Shown: positions 20,869-30,494 of the stretch, piece after piece
Layout: the number at the start of each line of letters is the position of its first letter
Position numbering within the stretch: the first letter of the stretch is position 1
Assembly (NCBI GenBank): GCA_051439605.1
Contig: JBFRWN010000117.1
Location: forward strand, 1 to 35,100
Length of the DNA stretch: 35,100 bases
Reading direction: 5' to 3'
Source: Synechococcus sp.
GTDB lineage: Bacteria; Cyanobacteriota; Cyanobacteriia; Thermostichales; PCC-7336
Position numbers and translations under genes: made by a program
The notes under the pieces: model-generated
What the model was told of the DNA's origin: nothing
Databases searched by the model: none
Seen by the model: the letters and a program-made list of their open reading frames with translations, nothing else

Positions 20869-21044
20869 ACGGCTTCATACAATGCTGCGTTTACCACGTA
20901 GCAGCACAATGCTAACTCGAACCTTATCCTCTGCCAAGCTAGTCGGGGCAGCATCTGAGGCCACTACCTGCTCACCTTCTCCAACACGCAATCCTCCCCA
21001 TCACCAGTTACGATTGTAAAAGATTGTAAACATTGGTGCTTGCA

Positions 21045-21881
21045 ATGACCTTGCCCCCTAGCCAGTCAATCGATCGCCTTTTGCGTTGCATGGGCTTATT
21101 CGTCTCCAGCCTCTTCTTAGCTTGCCTGTTGACGATACCGCTGGCGACGCCAGCCCAGAGTGCCATCAGTACCGAGCGCGAAGCGGAAATGGAAAAATTG
21201 GTCACTGTCGCGATGGACGCCACCAACCAGTTTGACTTTGTAACTGCGCTGTCAGCCTGGGATCGCATGCAGAAGCTAGAGCCTAATAACCCTGCCATAC
21301 TCAGCAATCGCGCAAATGTATTAGTTGGCCTCGGGCGGTTAGAAGAAGCTATTTCCAACTACAACCGTGCTATTGACTTAGTCCCCCAGTTTGGCGATAC
21401 CTACATCAATCGGGGAGCTGCTTACGAAGGATTGGGACTCTGGGATAACGCCTTAGCCGATTACAATCGCGTTTTGGAACTAGAGCCTGATGCGGCTGAC
21501 GCCTTTAACAATCGCGGCAACGCCGAAATGGGAAAAGGGGATTGGGAAGCGGCCATTGCGGATTTCCGACAGGCGATCGCCCTTTTACCCGATTACACAT
21601 TTGCCCAAGCCAACCTAGGGCAGGCTCTCTATCAAGTAGGTGAGGTGGATGCAGCCATCGATATTTGGGAAAGTGCCAAACAGAATTACCCAGGATTCGC
21701 CGATGTTCAAGCAGCGTTGACAGGTGCATATGCCCAAATGGGCAAAATCGAAGCAGCGAAAAAAGAATGGGAGCAAGCCCTACAAGCTGACGATCGCTAT
21801 CAAGATCTGCAGTGGGTGGTATCCATCAGACGCTGGTCTCCATCCTGTGTAGACTCGCTAGCCCAATTCCTATCGCTATAG
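21045..21881 (+). CDS. Membrane-anchored or exported tetratricopeptide repeat protein (possibly Pitt/Slr1644-like)
   Basis: Hydrophobic N-terminus, TPR repeats (NRA..../YINRG..../FNNRG....) and a C-terminal W....RRW.P motif. Start is uncertain (21045 or 21090). Confidence 0.85.
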   Translation: MTLPPSQSIDRLLRCMGLFVSSLFLACLLTIPLATPAQSAISTEREAEMEKLVTVAMDATNQFDFVTALSAWDRMQKLEPNNPAILSNRANVLVGLGRLEEAISNYNRAIDLVPQFGDTYINRGAAYEGLGLWDNALADYNRVLELEPDAADAFNNRGNAEMGKGDWEAAIADFRQAIALLPDYTFAQANLGQALYQVGEVDAAIDIWESAKQNYPGFADVQAALTGAYAQMGKIEAAKKEWEQALQADDRYQDLQWVVSIRRWSPSCVDSLAQFLSL

Positions 21882-21907
21882 CTCGTCATCTAAATCTCAC
21901 GCATTGA

Positions 21908-22948
21908 ATGAACACTAGTTCCATGACTGTTTTCACCGATGCCATCCATACCATCGGACAATCGACAAAGATCGCCGATCGCCCACTCGCTCTTGAGGTT
22001 AATAATCTCAGCAAAAGTTACCGCACCGGCTTTTGGCTCAATAAAGTCATTACCCCCCTGCGGGACTGCACGCTGTCAGTGTCTCAAGGGGAGACCTACG
22101 GCTTGCTGGGTCCCAATGGCGCCGGTAAAACCACCACCATCAAGTGCCTGCTTGGTATTATTCAACCGACTACAGGCAGCGGCACTCTGCTCAACAAGCC
22201 CATTGGCGATTCCAGTATCAAAGCACGTATTGGGTATCTCCCCGAAAACCCATACCTGTATGACTACCTGACGGGATGGGAATTTTTGCAATTTGCAGGC
22301 CGATTGTTTCAAATTCCCACTAAGCAATTAAAGCAGCGTGCTGAAGAACTTCTGCTAGAAGTGGGCTTACCTATGGACGCAGCCCTCAAAAAACCGATGC
22401 GCAAATACTCCAAAGGGATGATGCAGCGAGTGGGAATGGCACAAGCATTAATCAACGAGCCCGATCTAGTCTTTTTAGATGAGCCCATGTCTGGACTGGA
22501 TCCCACTGGACGAGCTCAGTTTAGAAATCTCATGCTCAAGCTCAAACGCCAGGGAAAAACGATTTTCTTTAACAGCCATATTCTGTCTGATGTAGAAGCG
22601 ATTTGCGATCGTGTTGGCATCTTGGCTGGAGGCAAAATTGCTGCTCAAGGGACTCTGGATGAATTGTTGAGTCACGACAAAAACAGCTACTACATCCGGG
22701 GTATTGGTGGCGATATTCGCCAACTGTCTAACCTAATTGATCGTTGGGAGTTAAAGTCACCTGTTTCAGAATCCCTCGAAACTGCCATTTGGTCCGGTGA
22801 ATGGCACGATGAGCCATGCACCTGCTTAGAACTCCTCAAGCAACAAGGGGCGCAGCTCTTGGATATTCGCCAGCACCACCAAACGTTAGAAGAGTTTTTT
22901 CTCAGTCATGTGCAGAGAATAAATAGCGAGGATCCCAATCTGAAGTAG
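21908..22948 (+). CDS. ABC-2 type transporter ATP-binding protein
   Basis: Motifs GPNGAGKTT, YSKGMMQR, FLDEPMSGLD, NSHILSD and C-terminal TLEEFF. Confidence 0.94.
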   Translation: MNTSSMTVFTDAIHTIGQSTKIADRPLALEVNNLSKSYRTGFWLNKVITPLRDCTLSVSQGETYGLLGPNGAGKTTTIKCLLGIIQPTTGSGTLLNKPIGDSSIKARIGYLPENPYLYDYLTGWEFLQFAGRLFQIPTKQLKQRAEELLLEVGLPMDAALKKPMRKYSKGMMQRVGMAQALINEPDLVFLDEPMSGLDPTGRAQFRNLMLKLKRQGKTIFFNSHILSDVEAICDRVGILAGGKIAAQGTLDELLSHDKNSYYIRGIGGDIRQLSNLIDRWELKSPVSESLETAIWSGEWHDEPCTCLELLKQQGAQLLDIRQHHQTLEEFFLSHVQRINSEDPNLK

Positions 22949-22976
22949 AAGTTTCAATAGCATAAAAATCTGTAAT

Positions 22977-23011
22977 AAAAACGGCTGAATGGGTTCAGTC
23001 GTTTTTGTTTT
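22977..23011 (+). terminator. Probable bidirectional terminator
   Basis: AAAAACGGCTGAA-tggg-TTCAGTCGTTTTT followed by a further T-run. Confidence 0.7.
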
Positions 23012-23299
23012 TATAAGATATTATGACACTATTCAATTTAGATAATGATTGAGGAACGTTTTAGAGTCAGCTTGGAAAATCCTCATTCTCAATTCATGAT
23101 TCTATAGCCGAAAGCAGGCAATCTGTTAATTGAGCTTCCGCAACATTTCATTAAGCAATTCTCCTCAATCTATCTCAGTTGACGCATTCTTCTAGCGTTA
23201 TCTTCATTCACTAGGTTACTTAAAAAGTTTATCTAGACAACTGCTTGGTGCTTTGTGCAAGTTCTCATCGTTACAGCAGTAATTAACCAGGTACAAACA

Positions 23300-23572
23300 G
23301 TGAAAATTCGTCATCTTGCTCTTCTTGGAGCAGCATCTTTCTTGACTCTAGCGGCTGTTGCCATTTCCCCCACTAGCTTGAATTCCGTTCAAGCAGGACC
23401 TTGTGCTGCCAAGCCCTGTGCCGCAGCTAACCCCTGTGCTGTAAATCCTTGCGCAGCTAACCCTTGTGCTGCAAATCCCTGTGCTGCCAAGCCCTGTGCC
23501 GCAGCTAATCCCTGTGCTGCAAATCCTTGTGCAGCTAACCCTTGCGCTGGTAATCCTTGCTCAGCGTATTAG
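23300..23572 (+). CDS. Small exported Cys/Pro/Ala-rich peptide with 11 (N/K/G)PC repeats
   Basis: GTG start at 23300 after AGG. Signal-like leader MKIRHLALLGAASFLTLAAVAISPTSLNSVQA, then GPCAAKPCAAANPCAVNPCAANPCAANPCAAKPCAAANPCAANPCAANPCAGNPCSAY. Synonymous third-position variation between repeats indicates protein-level selection. Confidence 0.85.
   Translation: MKIRHLALLGAASFLTLAAVAISPTSLNSVQAGPCAAKPCAAANPCAVNPCAANPCAANPCAAKPCAAANPCAANPCAANPCAGNPCSAY
23396..23560 (+). repeat. Coding tandem repeat of 15-18 bp units with a higher-order 78-bp duplication
   Basis: Units such as AAYCCYTGYGCWGCW. TGTGCTGCCAAGCCCTGTGCCGCAGCTAA occurs twice, 78 bp apart. Confidence 0.9.
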
Positions 23573-23623
23573 TTGTACTGAACAAGACTTTCGAATTGCA
23601 AAAAAATCGACAGACTTTCAATG

Positions 23624-23690
23624 GAGCCTATCCACCCTATAGCTCAATCCGCGAGTTGAGCAAACTAGGATGTAGGCTCTGTTCTTTTTT
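23624..23690 (+). terminator. Long imperfect stem-loop with T-tract after the NPC-repeat gene
   Basis: Outer stem GAGCCTA/TAGGCTC, inner stem GCTCAA/TTGAGC, then TGTTCTTTTTT. Confidence 0.5.
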
Positions 23691-23852
23691 AAAATTGGTT
23701 TTGTCGCTAAAAACCTTTAATCTCTTTGGGTCAGATTCCCCAGCGCTTGCGAAGACTCACCGGAGCGGAAGGGCGTTCCGAAGGAATAATTCCGTAACGT
23801 CCCGTCCGCTTGCGGCGGGGATAGGAATTTTAGCGCTCCGCAATTTTTACTT

Positions 23853-23883
23853 AAAAAGGGATAGAGCTGCAAAACCCTATCCC
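23853..23883 (-). terminator. Rho-independent terminator of fba
   Basis: Minus strand reads GGGATAGGG-ttttgcag-CTCTATCCC-TTTTT, about 60 nt after the fba stop. Confidence 0.75.
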
Positions 23884-23944
23884 AACTCAGTTATTGAGTG
23901 AATCACGCCTGAAGTGCAGTCGTTAACTGATTGATACTATCCAC

Positions 23945-25018
23945 TCAAGCAGTGGTTGCAACCTTAGCTGCCAAGCTACCGCTTTCGTAAGCTGCAGCCA
24001 TGCTCGCAAGGGTAACCTGCTTAACTTTGGTGCCGTTACCAGAGCAACCGAAAGCTTCGTAGCGCTCGGCACAAACATCCTTCATGCGCTTAATCGCGGG
24101 TTTCATGAAATGGCGGGGATCGAAATTGGACGGATCCGCCATAGCAGCTTCGCGGATGGCAGCGGTGATAGCCAAGCGGTTATCGGTGTCGATATTCACT
24201 TTGCGAACGCCGCTCTTGATGCCTCGCTGAATCTCTTCAAGAGGTACACCGTAGGTTTCGGGGATGCTGCCGCCGTGGGCATTGATGATGTCGATCAGGT
24301 CTTTGGGAACAGAAGAAGAGCCGTGCATAACCAAGTGGGTGTTGGGCAGACGACGGTGAATTTCTTCAATACGGCTGATGGCAAGGATGTCACCAGAGGG
24401 CTTACGGGTGAATTTATAAGCACCGTGACTGGTACCAATGGCCAGAGCTAACGCATCCACTTGGGTGCGCTCAACGAATTCAACGGCTTCGTCCGGGTCT
24501 GTCAGCAGTTGATCCTTGCTCAGGGTGCCTTCAAAACCGTGGCCGTCTTCCTTGTCCCCCTGACCGGTTTCAAGAGAGCCCAAGCAGCCTAACTCGCCTT
24601 CAACGCTAACGCCAATGGCGTGAGCAACATCTACAACCGTCTTGGTGACGTTGACGTTGTATTCGAAGCTAGCGGGGGTTTTTGCATCGGCTTCCAAAGA
24701 ACCGTCCATCATGACGCTGCTGAAGCCTTGTTGCATCGCAGAGTAGCAGGTGGCAGGGCTGTTGCCATGATCCTGGTGCATTGCGATGGGAATGTGAGGA
24801 TAGGTTTCAATCGCTCCCAAGATCAAGTGACGCAGGAATATATCGCCTGCATATTTGCGAGCGCCGCGAGATGCCTGCAAGATCACTGGGCTGTTGGTTT
24901 CATCCGCAGCCTGCATGATCGAAATGATCTGCTCCATGTTGTTGACGTTGTACGCGGGGATGCCGTAATCGTTCTCAGCGGCGTGATCCAGCAGCGTACG
25001 CAGCGATACTAATGCCAT
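23945..25018 (-). CDS. fbaA: Class II fructose-bisphosphate aldolase (cyanobacterial/CbbA type)
   Basis: Motifs [51 protein letters not shown] and KVNIDTD. An RBS (GGAGG) lies upstream. Confidence 0.98.
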   Translation of the reverse strand: MALVSLRTLLDHAAENDYGIPAYNVNNMEQIISIMQAADETNSPVILQASRGARKYAGDIFLRHLILGAIETYPHIPIAMHQDHGNSPATCYSAMQQGFSSVMMDGSLEADAKTPASFEYNVNVTKTVVDVAHAIGVSVEGELGCLGSLETGQGDKEDGHGFEGTLSKDQLLTDPDEAVEFVERTQVDALALAIGTSHGAYKFTRKPSGDILAISRIEEIHRRLPNTHLVMHGSSSVPKDLIDIINAHGGSIPETYGVPLEEIQRGIKSGVRKVNIDTDNRLAITAAIREAAMADPSNFDPRHFMKPAIKRMKDVCAERYEAFGCSGNGTKVKQVTLASMAAAYESGSLAAKVATTA

Positions 25019-25326
25019 GTCTTCCCTCCAGGGACCTCTCTACTGCTCAATTGCAATACTTACGGCTGATTTTAAGTCATCTTTAACGATGTTGATAACT
25101 TTTGTTTCTGGAGATGTCTCTTCGAGCAAGGTAACAGGCTGTCAAAGTGAGGGATGTTTGAAGCTCTTCAGGGCTACTCTGACTTCGATTTAGGACTGTT
25201 GGGCACCGATGGCCTCACCCTAACAGCCTTGAAACGTCAAAAGACACGGCCCACACTCATTGTTGGGGAAAGGTTGAAGGGGATTGGCGTTAAAGGACTA
25301 GCAGAGGCAAAACAATTTAGAAGCAA

Positions 25327-25962
25327 TTAGTTGAAAAGGGGAGGCCGCTCGGGATTCGCCCAAAACTCTGAGATAGCCTGCATCTGTTCGTAGGTGTTAC
25401 GGGCGGTGGAGAGTTGAGGCAATTGGTCGAAGGGAAAGAAATTCACCTCATCCGTCTCGGCATTCTCAACTTGCGGCAAGCGCTCTATAATCTCGCACCG
25501 CATGAAAACTTTATAGATGTAAAAGGCGCGAGGCATTCTAGCGGATTTGTTGCGGTCGAGAACCCCCAACAGTCGAGTGGCTTGGGCAATGTAGCCTGCC
25601 TCTTCGCGAATTTCTCTCACCACTGCTTCAGCTGGGGAATCTCCTAAATCTGCCCATCCCCCTGGCAGCGACCACCTGCCATCCACTTTTTCCCGCACCA
25701 TCAGGATTTGCCCTTTATCGTTAAACACCACGCCGCGCACATCTACCTTAGGGGTTGAATACCCTTTGTCAGATTCAAAGAACTGCTGCACCTGGACGAA
25801 TTCCAATTCGCTATAAGTGGTTAGAATTTCGTGGGCTAAGGCTTCTAACTTACGGCAGCGCTCGATTTCAAATTCGTTTTTGGAGTAAGCTAGCGTTCCC
25901 TGCACTGCGGCTTGGATTTGGGTGGCCCATTCATACCAGCGATGTTTGGGATCGAAAGACAT
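25327..25962 (-). CDS. Nudix hydrolase with Nudix_N domain (ADP-ribose pyrophosphatase YjhB-like)
   Basis: Motifs GYSTPKVDVRG and WSLPGGWADLGDSPAEAVVREIREEAG. Likely start MSFDPK at 25962. Confidence 0.9.
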   Translation of the reverse strand: MSFDPKHRWYEWATQIQAAVQGTLAYSKNEFEIERCRKLEALAHEILTTYSELEFVQVQQFFESDKGYSTPKVDVRGVVFNDKGQILMVREKVDGRWSLPGGWADLGDSPAEAVVREIREEAGYIAQATRLLGVLDRNKSARMPRAFYIYKVFMRCEIIERLPQVENAETDEVNFFPFDQLPQLSTARNTYEQMQAISEFWANPERPPLFN

Positions 25963-26242
25963 GGGGCACACCTGGTTAAGGGCGTAAGCACGATAGCAAA
26001 CTTTGTTGAACGCTGTCGATAAATCTGATCCTAAAAAGGGTTGTAGCAATACAGCACCCAATCGGTAGGAGGCTATGACCGGGGACGGAGGACATCTTGA
26101 GTAACGCGCAATTCTTGCGGACTGTCTGTCTCGAACATTGCGGCACGCGGGGCGACAAAATTAACCCATAACTGCTACAGCTCAGGTCCCTACCAGAAAT
26201 TCTTCGATGGCAGGGGGGCGATCTGTAGACAAGAGTAGGGAC

Positions 26243-26271
26243 AAAAAAACCCAGGTTTGGAAAACCTGGGC
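26243..26271 (-). terminator. Rho-independent terminator on the minus strand
   Basis: GCCCAGGTTT-tcc-AAACCTGGGT followed by a T-run. Confidence 0.8.
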
Positions 26272-26437
26272 TTGAGCGACATTCATGTTCCGATTACATT
26301 TGACCAATCAACTGTGAACGATTTGTGAATTGAGAGACTAAAAAATTTTCTGGCTGTCAGATATGGTAGTCAGAACGTCCCCAGCAGGGACATGAAGCGG
26401 CGGTTACATCAAGTAACCATCAAGACTGCAACTAGTG

Positions 26438-27631
26438 CTAAACATTAGCAGCTGCACTTTTCTTTAGACTGCACGGTTGTGATGCGATTGCGGCAATCGC
26501 CAGCAGAACCAAAACTGCGCCCCCCAACATGGGTGAGGACGATCCCCAATAGTCGTAGGTCCATCCAGCTGAGAGCGGCCCCAAGATTTGGGTAACACTG
26601 TTTAGGGACTGGGTGCCGCCGCTCAATTTCCCTTGTTCGTCATCCGCCACGCTGTTGGCCAGCAAGCCCCGCAGAGAGGGAGACGCGATGCCGATCCCAA
26701 AGGCAAACATCGCCTGAGTACCGTATAGGAAATATCCTCTGGGGCTGAGGGCCACCAATAGGAGAGCAAGAGATACCAGGCTCATGCCTACGAGCAACAG
26801 CCGTATTTCTCCAAACCTAGGCAGCAGCTTTCGAATCAGTCCCCCTTGGACAATGCTGGCCACCACCCCTACGAACACCAAAATGGCTGCCGACTCTGTA
26901 GGCCCCCATCCATAGAGATCGCGCACCAACACCACAAAAATATTAGTGAATCCAGCGAAGGCCAGGAAAAAAGCAAAATATCCGCTCAACAGGGAACGAA
27001 GATTTGTGCGCTGAAACAAGTCTAGTAGTTGCCGAAAGGGGTTGAAATCTGCGATCGAGACCGGAGTACTGCGAGGTGTTTGCAACGATTCGGTCAGTAC
27101 AAAATACGCCAGTGCTGAATTACAGAGAGCAACGCCGCCAGCTACAAACACCGGTAGCTTCAAATCAAATCCCGCCAGTATTCCACCCAGCAAGGGTCCA
27201 CACATGAAGCCAATGCCTGCAGCCGCACCAATCAAGCCAAAGTTTTTCGTTCGATCTTGGGGGGAGTCAGACACATCCGCGATGTAGGCTTGGGCGGTAC
27301 TCACCACCCCTCCGGTGATGCCGTTGGCAATCTGAGCCAAAAACATCAACCACAAGGCATTGGCGAAGCCAAACAAAAAGAACGCTAAGGCAGTTCCCAA
27401 TGTGCAGACTATGAGGACGGGACGGCGACCGTATCGGTCTGAAATGCTGCCCAACACTGGGGCGGCAAAAAACTGAGCGGTGGCGAAACTAGCTGCGAGC
27501 AAACCAATCGTGTAGGCGTTAGAGCTAAATTGCTCCACTAGGTAAGGGAGCACCGGAAAAAGCAATCCCCCTCCGGTGACCTCAATGATGATGGTCAATA
27601 TCACCACAAACAGTGGAGAAGCAATTTTCAT
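26438..27631 (-). CDS. MFS drug:H+ antiporter, TetA/DHA1-like
   Basis: Motif A GSISDRYGRRPVL, AYIADVS, motif C GFMCGPLLGG, and about 12 TM segments. Confidence 0.92.
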   Translation of the reverse strand: MKIASPLFVVILTIIIEVTGGGLLFPVLPYLVEQFSSNAYTIGLLAASFATAQFFAAPVLGSISDRYGRRPVLIVCTLGTALAFFLFGFANALWLMFLAQIANGITGGVVSTAQAYIADVSDSPQDRTKNFGLIGAAAGIGFMCGPLLGGILAGFDLKLPVFVAGGVALCNSALAYFVLTESLQTPRSTPVSIADFNPFRQLLDLFQRTNLRSLLSGYFAFFLAFAGFTNIFVVLVRDLYGWGPTESAAILVFVGVVASIVQGGLIRKLLPRFGEIRLLLVGMSLVSLALLLVALSPRGYFLYGTQAMFAFGIGIASPSLRGLLANSVADDEQGKLSGGTQSLNSVTQILGPLSAGWTYDYWGSSSPMLGGAVLVLLAIAAIASQPCSLKKSAAANV

Positions 27632-27861
27632 AGTTAACTTCTGACAGGCTCAGGCCGAGATTCATTTCTTAATGAATCTTAATGCTTTTGCGCCAGCCTT
27701 TCTCTCGAGTGACTATCGACCGTCAAGTCATTTGGAATATCTCAGCTATCTAGAGCCCTGATTGGGTGTAGATATTGCTGTTTAAACTGAGACGGGAAGA
27801 GCTAAATCCGATCGCAGCAAAACATCTGCAAACTCACGATGGGTGGGAGGTCGATGGCTGA

Positions 27862-28884
27862 CTAAACCTGCCAGTCTTCTAGGCCTAGGACCTCACCGTC
27901 ACCCTGCACGATTTCTCCAATGGCGATTGCCCCAGGTAGTAATTTCAGGGCAAGCGCTTGGGCAGGTGCGGGAACGACAATGACGAAGCCAATGCCCATA
28001 TTGAAGGTGTTGAACATTTCCATTAGTTCTACCTGTCCCTGCTGCATCAGCCAATGGAATTCGACTGGGATATTCCAAATGTTAGGAGTAATTTTTGCCG
28101 ACAGCCCCTCCCCCAAGCAACGGGGGAGATTTTCGGGGAACCCGCCCCCTGTAATGTGAGCCATGCCATGCACCGTCAACCCGGCTTTGAGGGCCGCCAA
28201 TACTGGCTGGACGTAAATGCTGGTGGGGGTTAAAAACGTTTCCAGCAGCGATCTCCCCCAGCCTTCTGGAGTGTCTGCCCAATCGAGCTCGTCGGCACCG
28301 ACAATGTGACGCACGAGGCTGTAGCCATTGCTGTGGACTCCGGAACTGGGTAAGCCGATCATGCAGTCCCCAGCAGCAATCTCAGCCCCATCGATAATCT
28401 CAGCTTTTTCGACAACACCAACGCAAAAGCCAGCAACGTCATATTCCCCAGCTCCATAGAAACCCGGCATTTCTGCTGTTTCTCCCCCTAGCAGTGCACA
28501 GCCCGATTGCTCGCAACCTGTGGCAATTCCGTCCACAACATCACGCAGTTGCTCTGGCTCTAGCTTGCCGGTGGCCAGATAGTCCAAAAAGAATAAAGGC
28601 TCGGCCCCCAAGGTCAATATGTCATTGGCGCACATGGCCACGAGGTCGATACCGATACTGGTGTGGCTATTGGCGATCTGGGCCAACTTGAGTTTGGTTC
28701 CAACGCCATCTGTACCCGAAACCAAAACTGGCTGCTGGTATCCGCTGGGTAGCTCGAACAATCCCCCGAATCCCCCCAACCCTTGCAGAACTTCAGGGCG
28801 CAGAGTGCGTGCCACGCTTGCCTTAATGTCGTTGACGAACTCGCGACCGCGAGCCACGTCTACCCCTGCCGAGCGATAATCCAA
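27862..28884 (-). CDS. purM: Phosphoribosylformylglycinamidine cyclo-ligase (AIR synthase)
   Basis: Motifs [53 protein letters not shown] and TFNMGIG. TTG start after GAGG. Confidence 0.98.
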   Translation of the reverse strand: MDYRSAGVDVARGREFVNDIKASVARTLRPEVLQGLGGFGGLFELPSGYQQPVLVSGTDGVGTKLKLAQIANSHTSIGIDLVAMCANDILTLGAEPLFFLDYLATGKLEPEQLRDVVDGIATGCEQSGCALLGGETAEMPGFYGAGEYDVAGFCVGVVEKAEIIDGAEIAAGDCMIGLPSSGVHSNGYSLVRHIVGADELDWADTPEGWGRSLLETFLTPTSIYVQPVLAALKAGLTVHGMAHITGGGFPENLPRCLGEGLSAKITPNIWNIPVEFHWLMQQGQVELMEMFNTFNMGIGFVIVVPAPAQALALKLLPGAIAIGEIVQGDGEVLGLEDWQV

Positions 28885-28983
28885 AACCTATAATCCTCAA
28901 CTGCGGAACCTCCTCGGACCGTGCAATCACGGATGCTGGAGCGATCGTTTACAAAAATTTGTGATAGTCTGACGACTGAACTT

Positions 28984-29008
28984 AGCGTTAGCCAGTAACG
29001 CTTTTTTT
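28984..29008 (+). terminator. Terminator-like hairpin within the divergent purM/rlpA intergenic region
   Basis: AGCGTTA-gccag-TAACGCT followed by a T-run. Confidence 0.45.
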
Positions 29009-29052
29009 GAATAACGTCTAGCTAAATCTAAGCAGAATTCGGGCAATTGTTC

Positions 29053-30096
29053 ATGGTTTCAAAGTCCTCGCTTCTACTCTTCGCTTCTCTTGGGGTAATT
29101 CTGATGCTGCCCCAGTCCGGTAATGCAGAGGACAATCCCGATGTGACTGCTTTAACCCCATCTGTGTCTGCTGAAGAACAGCACAATCTAGACGATTTTA
29201 CGAACATGCCCGACGCTCCGCTGATTGAGGCCTCCGGCTCAATCGAGTCTGCTTCCGACGAGGCTGGAGACTTTTCCCTAAAGCCTGCTGGTGAGTCTGA
29301 GGAGCAAGGGGCTGTGCTCCCCTCCAGCGATGATTCTGCTTCGTTTCCGGCGGTTCTAAAGCTGGGGCGATTACAAAATGACTTGCAAGAAGTGGAGCTA
29401 GCACCAGCCACTCTCTACTCTTACGAAGTAAACGGTCGTGACGCCGCAACGGTTTACTTGGATGGGCTGCCGCTCTTGACTTTTGGCGAACGCACGGGTG
29501 GAGCTGAAGCAGTCCAAGCTACCCCCCTCGAACAAGCCACGCAATTAACCGCAAAATTGAACCTACTGGCCCGCTCTGATTTAGACGAAGTCGAAATTGC
29601 TTTGGATACAGAAAACGGCCATAGCATCACAATCGATAACGAAGTCCTCGTCAACATTGATGAAAATGTTGTCCTCGATCTTCACCGCAGCCATGCGGGT
29701 ACGGCGATCGCGGCTGTGAACCGAATGCGACGTCTCTTACAGGGGGCTCCTCCCATTGGCTCAGCGGCAACCCCGCAAACCACGATTGTCTCCCGGTCCG
29801 TGGCTGCCTCCCAAAGCGGTCTAGCGTCGTGGTACGGTCCAGGTTTTGCCGGACGCCTGAGTGCAAACGGTGAAATTTTCGATCCAGAGAAGATGACTGC
29901 TGCCCACAAGTATTTGCCTTTTGGGACGATGGTGGAGGTGGTTAGCCTCTCTACAGGTCGCTCGGTAGTGGTACGTATCAACGATCGCGGTCCCTTTGTC
30001 GGTGGACGCATTATTGATTTATCGGCGGCAGCAGCTCGCTCCATTGGTTTGATGGGGGCTGGTGTTGGCCCGGTCGAACTCCGCATTTTGAATTAG
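29053..30096 (+). CDS. rlpA: Septal ring lytic transglycosylase RlpA family protein
   Basis: Signal peptide, plus a C-terminal DPBB domain GLASWYGPGF.GR..ANGE...TAAHK.LPFGT...VRINDRGPF...RIIDLS. Confidence 0.93.
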   Translation: MVSKSSLLLFASLGVILMLPQSGNAEDNPDVTALTPSVSAEEQHNLDDFTNMPDAPLIEASGSIESASDEAGDFSLKPAGESEEQGAVLPSSDDSASFPAVLKLGRLQNDLQEVELAPATLYSYEVNGRDAATVYLDGLPLLTFGERTGGAEAVQATPLEQATQLTAKLNLLARSDLDEVEIALDTENGHSITIDNEVLVNIDENVVLDLHRSHAGTAIAAVNRMRRLLQGAPPIGSAATPQTTIVSRSVAASQSGLASWYGPGFAGRLSANGEIFDPEKMTAAHKYLPFGTMVEVVSLSTGRSVVVRINDRGPFVGGRIIDLSAAAARSIGLMGAGVGPVELRILN

Positions 30097-30494
30097 CCCT
30101 TGAGTGCCCTTCGCGATCTCACAGAAAATAATCGCATAGAAATACTTGTTTCACCGGCTTTCACAACGTGAAACTGGGATGAGTCGTTCAAGCCAGTTCG
30201 AGCAGGTTTTGGAAACTCTCTCTCAGTGTCGGAAGCCATTGTTAAAGATACTGCCGACAGCTTCAGTACCCTTTGCAAGGCTCTCTTGGGGATGTTGTTA
30301 GAGGTGAGAGGACCTTTTCATCCGTCCTCAAGATCGTCTAATATTGTTGATCTGTGGACTCATTTGCACAGTAGCCTGAATTTTTTCCCGGCGTCTATGC
30401 AGCTCTTAGCTTCACAATTTGGCCTGATCACAGCTTGTGTCAGACGACCCCCTGTTCCAAATGACCGCTTCCTGTAACCACTAGTAAGAATCCA

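Noticed and set aside
23396..23560. Tandem repeats as a possible CRISPR or non-coding array
   Set aside because: There are no unique spacers; the units are in frame with synonymous variation, so this is a protein repeat.
23557..23901. 114-aa ORF downstream of the NPC-repeat gene as a possible modifying partner
   Set aside because: It has a TTG start overlapping the upstream gene, runs through several hairpins/terminators, and has no protein-like motif.
30097..30494. ORFs or a structured RNA in the long rpsA upstream region
   Set aside because: The short ORFs lack support and I could not identify a convincing structure; most likely promoter plus 5' UTR.
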